From assembly GCA_964437445.1 (NCBI GenBank), contig CAYTGR010000009.1, positions 1-58,501 on the forward strand: DNA of 58,501 bases. Reading direction: 5' to 3'. The DNA comes from an uncultured Anaerolineales bacterium (GTDB lineage Bacteria > Chloroflexota > Anaerolineae > B4-G1 > SLSP01). Below are positions 51,987 to 58,501 of this stretch, in pieces. The position numbers and the translations under genes were made by a program. The notes below the pieces were generated by a model that was not told where the DNA came from, searched no databases, and saw only the letters and a program-made list of their open reading frames with translations. Each line of letters begins with the position of its first letter. Positions within the stretch are counted from its first letter, which is position 1.

Positions 51987-54900
51987 TCAAGCCGGCGCAT
52001 TTGAGCCGGTCATGATCGGCAACGTGACGGAGAAGGTGGTGCCGCGGCCCAGAACGCTGCGCACCGCCACTGTGCCGTGGTGGGCCTGGACGATCTCTTT
52101 GACCAGTGCCAGGCCCAGCCCGGTGCCACCGTAGCGCCGGCTCATGCTGCCATCTACCTGATAGAAGCGCTCAAAGACGCGCTCCAGCTTGTCCTGGGGA
52201 ATGCCAATCCCTGTATCAGCCACCTCCAACACCAGGTTGGCTCCAACCTGGCTCAATCGTAGCGTCACCGTGCCGCCAGCCGGCGTGAACTTGAGGGCGT
52301 TGCCAACCAGGTTATCCACCACCCGCCGGAGGTGGGCCGGATCGCCCCAGATGGGCGGTAAATCGGCGGCCATCTCGGTCACCAGCTGGAGCCCCACCTT
52401 TTCGGCATTCACCCGGAAATCTTCTGCCAGCGCCCGGACCAGGTCCACCATATCCAGGACTTCGTAATGCATCCGCTGCGTCTCGGCTTCCAGAATGGCG
52501 GTCAGATCCCCCACCATTTTGGTGAGCATTTGCACCCGGCGGACGATAATCGTCACCGGTTCACGCTGTTCCGGTTTGAGCTCACCCAGCTCGTCGGCCT
52601 CCAGCAGCTCGGCATAGCCACGGATGATCGCTAAAGGCGTGCGCAGCTCGTGCGAGACATTCTGGATAAACTCACTCTTCAGGCGATCCAACTCCTGCAG
52701 CTTTTCCAGGGCCGTGGTCAGTTCGGCAGTGCGCTGCTGGGCTTCAGCAAAGAGCCGGGCATTTTGGATGGCAACACCGGCCTGCCGCCCCACCGATTCG
52801 GCCAGCGCCAGGTCACGCTCGGTAAACCGATGGCCGGGGCTGCGGCTCCCCAACGCCAGTGCGCCAATGCGCTCCTCCCCTGCCAGCACCGGCACGATCA
52901 GGCAAGACGAGGCCCCTAACTCCTTGTGCAGCATTCTGGCCGAACGTTCATCATAGTCGCACCGGAAGATGGATTGGCCCGTGTTGAAAACCCGCCATAC
53001 CAACCCCTGCCCGGGCAAGAGGGATGAACGGGCTACCGCTTCAGGCAGGTTCCATACGCTAACATAATGTAACTCCGGTTGGTCAGGGGTCACCAGAGCC
53101 AAACCGCTGAGGTCAGCCCGGACCAGTTCCGTGGCCAGCCGCACCACATTGGATAACAGGACAGGCAGATCTAAGGCGCTGCTGATGATCCGGGCAACCT
53201 CGTTCAAACGCTGTTCCCGCCCCAACGCCTCGGCGATTTCGGCAAAGAGCCTGACCCTGGCAATCGCTGTCCCCAGCTGTCCAGCGAAGGTCGCCAGCAG
53301 CCGCTCATCAGCCTCGCTATAGGCATCCAGCTGCGCGCTCTCGGCGTTGACCACACCGATAATCTGCTCACCGGCGCGCAAGGGGACGCACAGTTCGGAA
53401 CGCATACTATGATCCATGGCGATGTAGGCAGCTTCCTGGGTCACATCGGCCAAGCGCCGGGGCCGCCCGCTCTCCACTACCTTGCCGCTCACGCCCTGGC
53501 CTACCGCGAGCACCAGGCGCGGCCCAAAGGCTTCCAATCCCCGGTAAGAAGGATGCATCTTGAGCTGGTGAGCCGTCTCGTCCAACAGGATGACCCCAAA
53601 GTTGTCTGGATACAAAGTCTCCCCGATCAGCTGCGTCGCGCGCTCAATCAAAGCATCTTCATCGGTAGCCTCAGCGCCGGCTTGGGCGACCGCATGTAAC
53701 ACCGAGAGCTCCTGCAACTGGCGTCGCAGCGCCTCAAATAACCGGGCGTTCTCCAGAGCCGCCGCAGCGTAAGCGGCCAACAGTTCCAACAGGTGCAGAT
53801 CATCCGTCGTATAAGCATTGGGTTGGTAACTCTGAGCCGACAGCATCCCAAAGGTCCTGTCACGCATCCGCAGCGGCACGGCCAACACCGAAACGACATG
53901 TTCTGAGGAGCCAAAATGGATCCCCGGGACGGTTGGTTCCTGCGCTTCGTTGCCGGACATAAATGATTGGCCGTGCGTAATCACGTAGCCGCTCATGGTC
54001 CCCTCCAGGGGAATATGGCGGGCGGGCACCACCCCGCTGCGGTCCACATGGTAAACCACCGCCACGTCCCCCCGGCGTTCGTCCAAAATGGAAAGCACAA
54101 AAGCCTCACTCGGCATCAGCTGGACGGTAGATTGATAAATGGCGACGTAGATGCGTTGCAAATCCAGGCCGGCACTGGCGATCTCCTGACTGGCCCAATG
54201 CAGAATCGCCTGCCGCTGGGCAGCTTCTACAGTGGATTGAAAGAGCCGGGCGTTCTCCAAGGCGATAGCGACCTGGCTTGCCAGGGACTCCAAAAAGCGG
54301 CTGTGCATATCATTGAAAGCGTGGGGTTGAGCGGCATACATGGCCACCGCTCCCACCAGGCGGCCACGGACGATCAAGGGCACTCCCAGACAGGACCGCG
54401 CCTGGCTCTGGAGCGCCAGTGGCTCGGCCGGGACCGGCTCGGCCGCCAGATCGCCCACCAGCAGCGGCCGGCGGTTGCGGATCAACCAGCCCATCAGCCC
54501 ACTTTCGGCCAGGGGCTGGTGGACGTTAACCCCATCAGACCGTAGCTTGCCCGCCTCCGCCGCCAGCGCCAGGGTGACCGTGGCGGTCTCAGCCTCATAG
54601 AGAGAAACAAAGAAAGCATCGGGCTTGAAGAGTTGCTGAACCTGATCATAGAGCCGTTGCAAAAGCAGGTCGGTTTCCAACACATTGCTGGTGGCGATGG
54701 CGGCGTTGTAGAGAGCCGCCAGCTCCCGCGTCTGACGTTGCAGCTCCTCAAACAGCTGCGCCGTCTGCACTGCCACGGCCACCTGATCAGCCATGATTTC
54801 CAACGTGGCGATGTCATCGGCCGAGATTCCCGCCACCCGGTCGCTTTTGATGTCCAGGACACCGATGACCTGCCCGCTGATCCGCAACGGCACGGCCGCC

Positions 54901-56945
54901 TCAGAGCGCACGTCTGGCAACGCCGCCACCGGGACATAATCGGCGCAGGCGCTCACATCCGTCACCTGTAACGGCTCGCCGGTGCTGGCCACCCGACCGG
55001 TAATCCCTTCGCCCAGCCGCTGGGAGGGCCCGCTCTGAAAACCCGTCTCAGCCATATATCCGCCACAACCGGCCCGGAAGACCAGGCGATCTTGCTCCAC
55101 CAGGGCAATTTCCACGTTGTAGAGCTGCATGGCCTCGGCGATCAGATGCGCCACTTCAGGGAGTAGTTTTTCCAGCGTCAGGATGGAGGTCACCCGCCGC
55201 CCGACGTCGTAAATCGTGGTCAGCTGGCGCATCCGCCGCCGCTGCGCGGCATCGGCCCGCAGGCGGTCAATCGCCGTCGCCAGCTGACCGGCAAAGGTAA
55301 CCAACAGCCGTTCATCCGCCGCGCTGAAGGCCGCCAGCCGGGGGCTTTCGGCGTTGAGCACCCCCAAGATCCGCTCCCCCACCTTCAACGGCACACAGAG
55401 CTCAGAGCGGGTCGTGGAATTCAGTTTGAGGTAAGCCGATTCCTGGCTCACATCATCTATCCGCAGCGGCTGCCCTGTCAGTGCCACCTGGCCGGTCAGC
55501 CCTTCCCCCAAGGGGATCAGGTGGCTATGAACAGGGGGCAGGCGTGAGTCCTGCAGCCGCAGTACACCTGCGGCTTCGTCCAGCAGGAGAACGCCAAAAT
55601 TTCCTTCGTAGAGCCCCCCGCCAATGATCTCCACCGCCCGGCGGACCAAAGCTGCCTCGTCGGTCGCTTCGGCCCCGGCCACAGCAATGGCGTGGAGGAC
55701 GCTGAGCTCTTGCAGTTGACGGCGCAGAGCCGCCTCCGCCCGGGCCAGCTCGGCCACCCGCTGTTCCAGGCTGGAGATCAGTTCGCGCAGGCGGGCGGTC
55801 ATCAGGTTGAAGGCTTCACTCACCGTCCCAATCTCATCACGGGATTTGACGGGTAAAGTCCGCGAAAAATCACCCTGGGCAATGGCGTCCGCCCCCTCCA
55901 CCAGGGCGCGAATGGACATAACGATAGGGCGGCTGGTCCACAGCGCCACGGCCACGCCGCCTATCCCCACCGCAGCGATCAAAAGGGCCAGATTAAAGAT
56001 CAGCCGGTTCTGGGCCGCAAAGAGGAGCGCGGCCGGTTGTTCTACCACAATTCCCCACTGGGGACCGGGAACAAAGGCGGAGGTGCCCATCACCTCTTCT
56101 CCCAGCAGGCCCACATACAGCTCGGCGGCCACCCCTTGCTGCTGATTCAACAACGCGGCAACCGTGGGCAGAGTCGTCAAGGTGCGGTTTTGTCTGACCA
56201 GCGCCAGGTCCTTATACCCGATGAGGGTGCCGCGCCGGTCCACGATGTAGATGTACCCCCCCTCGCCGATGTCCAGGTCGCTCAACAGCTGCCACAAATC
56301 CGCCAGGTTGACCTGAGCGATGATGATGTGCGGTCCGGTGGCCGTCTCCACGCGCTCGGAGACCCGTACCAGCGGTTCGCCGTTCACCGCAAAGGAAACG
56401 GTGCCGATGAACGTCTCACCCCGTTTGGCACGGAAAAACGGCTCGTCCGAGGCCCGCTGGCCCAACTGTTCGGCGGCGACGGGCTGGCATTCCACCAAAT
56501 GGGCCCGCTCCTGGCCCTGCTCATCGGTCACGACCAGGTCAAAATAGCGGCCCTGCCGATCCTGACAGAGGGTCCTCAAAGGCAAGGCGGGCTGGAGCGG
56601 GGTCTGGCCGGACAATACGGCCGCCACCCGCAGCTCCGACAGAATATCGTCCAGGTAATTGGCGATCAGGTGCTGGCCTAACGAGGCGGCCAGCTGCTGG
56701 CGGACGTTAGCATCCCGCCGCCCGATGGAAAAGCTGCTGTTAGAGGCCAGCAAGCCCCCCAACAGCAATGGCAGCATCGCCGCCAACACGAACAAGAGCG
56801 TCAAGCGCCAGGCCAATCGCCGGCTCCGTGGTAAAACAGTCATCGTTCCCCAGTTCCCTTCATCGCCACCCGACCCCACCGGTATAAGCCTGTCGGTCCA
56901 CCTGCGCGAGCAGCGGTCCTGCTTTAACGAGGACCGGCAATCCAT
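51987..56945 (-). CDS. Giant (1652 aa) membrane sensor histidine kinase: TM, periplasmic Cache-like region, TM, HAMP, about 6 GAF domains, HisKA, HATPase_c
   Basis: Two TM helices flank a ~250-aa extracytoplasmic domain. HAMP follows. Repeated GAF signatures carry ..LGVLNAES / ..IGVLDIKS / ..VGAVAMYA / ..FGMLSAQS / ..IGVVNAES / ..IGALALGS. Canonical H-box NVSHELRTPL. N/G boxes GNALKFT, DTGIGIP, GTGLGLA. Confidence 0.85.
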   Translation of the reverse strand: MDCRSSLKQDRCSRRWTDRLIPVGSGGDEGNWGTMTVLPRSRRLAWRLTLLFVLAAMLPLLLGGLLASNSSFSIGRRDANVRQQLAASLGQHLIANYLDDILSELRVAAVLSGQTPLQPALPLRTLCQDRQGRYFDLVVTDEQGQERAHLVECQPVAAEQLGQRASDEPFFRAKRGETFIGTVSFAVNGEPLVRVSERVETATGPHIIIAQVNLADLWQLLSDLDIGEGGYIYIVDRRGTLIGYKDLALVRQNRTLTTLPTVAALLNQQQGVAAELYVGLLGEEVMGTSAFVPGPQWGIVVEQPAALLFAAQNRLIFNLALLIAAVGIGGVAVALWTSRPIVMSIRALVEGADAIAQGDFSRTLPVKSRDEIGTVSEAFNLMTARLRELISSLEQRVAELARAEAALRRQLQELSVLHAIAVAGAEATDEAALVRRAVEIIGGGLYEGNFGVLLLDEAAGVLRLQDSRLPPVHSHLIPLGEGLTGQVALTGQPLRIDDVSQESAYLKLNSTTRSELCVPLKVGERILGVLNAESPRLAAFSAADERLLVTFAGQLATAIDRLRADAAQRRRMRQLTTIYDVGRRVTSILTLEKLLPEVAHLIAEAMQLYNVEIALVEQDRLVFRAGCGGYMAETGFQSGPSQRLGEGITGRVASTGEPLQVTDVSACADYVPVAALPDVRSEAAVPLRISGQVIGVLDIKSDRVAGISADDIATLEIMADQVAVAVQTAQLFEELQRQTRELAALYNAAIATSNVLETDLLLQRLYDQVQQLFKPDAFFVSLYEAETATVTLALAAEAGKLRSDGVNVHQPLAESGLMGWLIRNRRPLLVGDLAAEPVPAEPLALQSQARSCLGVPLIVRGRLVGAVAMYAAQPHAFNDMHSRFLESLASQVAIALENARLFQSTVEAAQRQAILHWASQEIASAGLDLQRIYVAIYQSTVQLMPSEAFVLSILDERRGDVAVVYHVDRSGVVPARHIPLEGTMSGYVITHGQSFMSGNEAQEPTVPGIHFGSSEHVVSVLAVPLRMRDRTFGMLSAQSYQPNAYTTDDLHLLELLAAYAAAALENARLFEALRRQLQELSVLHAVAQAGAEATDEDALIERATQLIGETLYPDNFGVILLDETAHQLKMHPSYRGLEAFGPRLVLAVGQGVSGKVVESGRPRRLADVTQEAAYIAMDHSMRSELCVPLRAGEQIIGVVNAESAQLDAYSEADERLLATFAGQLGTAIARVRLFAEIAEALGREQRLNEVARIISSALDLPVLLSNVVRLATELVRADLSGLALVTPDQPELHYVSVWNLPEAVARSSLLPGQGLVWRVFNTGQSIFRCDYDERSARMLHKELGASSCLIVPVLAGEERIGALALGSRSPGHRFTERDLALAESVGRQAGVAIQNARLFAEAQQRTAELTTALEKLQELDRLKSEFIQNVSHELRTPLAIIRGYAELLEADELGELKPEQREPVTIIVRRVQMLTKMVGDLTAILEAETQRMHYEVLDMVDLVRALAEDFRVNAEKVGLQLVTEMAADLPPIWGDPAHLRRVVDNLVGNALKFTPAGGTVTLRLSQVGANLVLEVADTGIGIPQDKLERVFERFYQVDGSMSRRYGGTGLGLALVKEIVQAHHGTVAVRSVLGRGTTFSVTLPIMTGSNAPA

Positions 56946-57745
56946 TGAGCGTAGAGCTTCTCCAGCGTTCCGGCATCGCGCAGGCTTTGCAAGACCTCAT
57001 TCACCAGCGCCAGGAGCTCGGTATCCCCCTGGCGTACTGCTATCCCCAAATCGGCCGGTTCCAAGATGTCGCCCACTATTTTTAAGTCGCGATGAGTCCT
57101 GATATATTCCATGGAGTTAATTTTGTCGTTCAACACGACATCTGCAAACCCGCGACTCAAATCTTCCAACGAGTCGCGCGTATCAGCGTACTCTTGAATT
57201 GTAAATGCCATTCCCTGATCCTGCAAGTGGCGGGCAAAACGAGCCCCGGTGGCCCCTTCTTTGACGCCTACCACCCGTCCCGCCAGATCATCCACCGTGT
57301 TGATGCCGGTCTCGGTGGCCCGCACCACCATGATCAGGCCGGTGCCGAGGTACGGATCGGACATAGCGACCCGCTGTTGGCGTTCCGGGGTGATATACAT
57401 GGCCGCGATCACCAGGTCCACCTCGCCCTTTTCCAGCGTCGGCAACAGGTCGGCAAAGGCCATCTCTTTCCACTCAACCGGCACCCCGAGCCGCGCTGCT
57501 ATCGCCCTGGCAATTTCTACATCAAAACCGACCAAAGCCCCGGTCTCTGGATCGTGAAATTCAAAGGGCGCGGTCAGAGCCGTTCCCACCGTCAGTCGGC
57601 CCTGTTGTTGGAGCTCCTGCAAGCGCGGAGCCAGGACAGCGTCCGGGGTAGCCGGCCGGGAAGCCCCGCGGCAGGCAACGGCCGCCATCAATATCAGCAT
57701 TCCTATCCCCACCCGGAAAGCCCACCACCCGCCTTGCCTGCTCAT
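56924..57745 (-). CDS. Family 3 solute-binding protein (amino-acid/polar-solute type), exported
   Basis: N-terminal signal or anchor. GTALTAPFEFHDPETGALVGFDVEIARAIAARLG..GEVDLVIAAMYITPER matches SBP_bac_3. Its stop overlaps the start of the giant kinase by 22 nt. Confidence 0.75.
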   Translation of the reverse strand: MSRQGGWWAFRVGIGMLILMAAVACRGASRPATPDAVLAPRLQELQQQGRLTVGTALTAPFEFHDPETGALVGFDVEIARAIAARLGVPVEWKEMAFADLLPTLEKGEVDLVIAAMYITPERQQRVAMSDPYLGTGLIMVVRATETGINTVDDLAGRVVGVKEGATGARFARHLQDQGMAFTIQEYADTRDSLEDLSRGFADVVLNDKINSMEYIRTHRDLKIVGDILEPADLGIAVRQGDTELLALVNEVLQSLRDAGTLEKLYAQWIAGPR

Positions 57746-57864
57746 TCACAACTCCCATGCAAGCCAGTTTTGACCGCTGAGGGCGCAAAACACGGAGTTT
57801 TCGTTTTCTTAATCGCCATTTGTCATTCGCATTTCGTGGTGGGCGAGGCCATCATGCGTGACTC

Positions 57865-58497
57865 CTATGGATTGCCCGGCCGCTCCGGCCGCACTGTGAG
57901 GGTGCGCCCGTCAGAAATGACCGTCACCGCCCCGTGTTGATCGGTACGATAAACCGGCTTATCCATGACCCGCGCCAACACGACCGTGGCCGGATCCCCG
58001 GCCGGGTTATCCGCCCCCACCGTGATGATCACCTGCTCTGGAGCCACTGCCTGCAAAAAAGCCGGGGTAGATGAAGTCTTCGTCCCGTGACGGGGCAGTG
58101 CCAGGACGGTACTCCGCAACGCCGTCGCCTCACGTTGCACGAGAGCCGTTTCCACCACCGTAGTGGCCGCGCCGGGAAGCAAAATGGAGGTCGCGCCATA
58201 TTCCAGCCGCAACACCAGCGGGCCGGGAGACTCTGCGGCGGCGGGCCAGAAGACGTGCAGCGTCACACCCTGATCCAGCGGCCAGGCGGCCCCGGCCCAC
58301 AGTACCCCCACCGTCCCCGGTGGGCGCGCCGCCAGCAACTCGCTCCACCGCGCGTAGAAGTCACTGCCGCCACTCTCCGGCGCAGTGAGCACCCAATCCA
58401 CCGTGTAACGTTCCAGCACTGGGACCAGGCCGGCCACCCGCTCCGACTGCGGCGCGGTCAGGATCACCAGGTCCAGCCGGCGATCCCAGAACGGCAT
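57865..58497 (-). CDS. ComEC/Rec2-like C-terminal metallo-beta-lactamase-fold domain. Partial: the gene probably continues past the window edge.
   Basis: LALPRHGTKTSSTPAFLQAVAPEQVIITVGADN resembles the ComEC C-terminal HHGSKTSSS..P..aiiSvG region. The upstream MBL His motifs appear substituted (LTAPQSERVAGL instead of H.H.DH). The ORF abuts the window end. Confidence 0.5.
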   Translation of the reverse strand: MPFWDRRLDLVILTAPQSERVAGLVPVLERYTVDWVLTAPESGGSDFYARWSELLAARPPGTVGVLWAGAAWPLDQGVTLHVFWPAAAESPGPLVLRLEYGATSILLPGAATTVVETALVQREATALRSTVLALPRHGTKTSSTPAFLQAVAPEQVIITVGADNPAGDPATVVLARVMDKPVYRTDQHGAVTVISDGRTLTVRPERPGNP

Positions 58498-58501
58498 GAC
58501 C

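Noticed and set aside
1-58501. Search for tRNA, rRNA, tmRNA, RNase P and SRP RNA genes, IS elements, transposases and integrases.
   Set aside because: No cloverleaf-compatible tRNA-like segments, rRNA signatures, DDE/tyrosine-recombinase ORFs or terminal inverted repeats flanking an ORF were found. The only clear structured RNA is the T-box leader.

Overview
This 58.5-kb window is a high-GC (~65%) bacterial chromosomal segment, most consistent with a filamentous Chloroflexi-type organism. It carries about 41 protein genes and no rRNA or tRNA genes, CRISPR arrays or transposases. Most of the long antisense ORFs in the six-frame track are GC-driven artefacts.

Layout, in order:
- radC, two tiny paralogous minus-strand ORFs, and a sigma70 promoter driving a T-box leader.
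- A degenerate VapBC-like toxin-antitoxin cassette, followed by a type-2 ileS that carries an in-frame 7-bp tandem-repeat insertion.
- Two tandem SPFH/band-7 membrane paralogs, a TPR protein and a small Cys-rich exported protein with a sortase-type C-terminal sorting signal.
- A two-gene module: a giant BNR-propeller/TM/ATPase protein followed by a paralogous ATPase fused to a CHAT (caspase-family) protease, with a class E/F-type sortase lying convergent just downstream.
- A fused SHMT-GcvT protein, a DASS transporter with TrkA-C domains, GT2, rnhB, DUF1294, clpC, rfbD, GT2 and patatin genes, and an FmdB zinc-ribbon protein.
- A TPR-SLT lytic transglycosylase and ridA.
- A GH130/LacI/family-5 ABC locus, probably for beta-mannoside use, with palindromic operators.
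- Two GT-C membrane glycosyltransferases.
- A long minus-strand array of multi-GAF sensor histidine kinases and receiver proteins, including a 1652-aa kinase, a family-3 solute-binding protein and a partial ComEC-like gene.

A modular dispersed intergenic repeat family occurs at least seven times.

The most likely novel system is the BNR-sensor/ATPase + ATPase/CHAT-protease pair.
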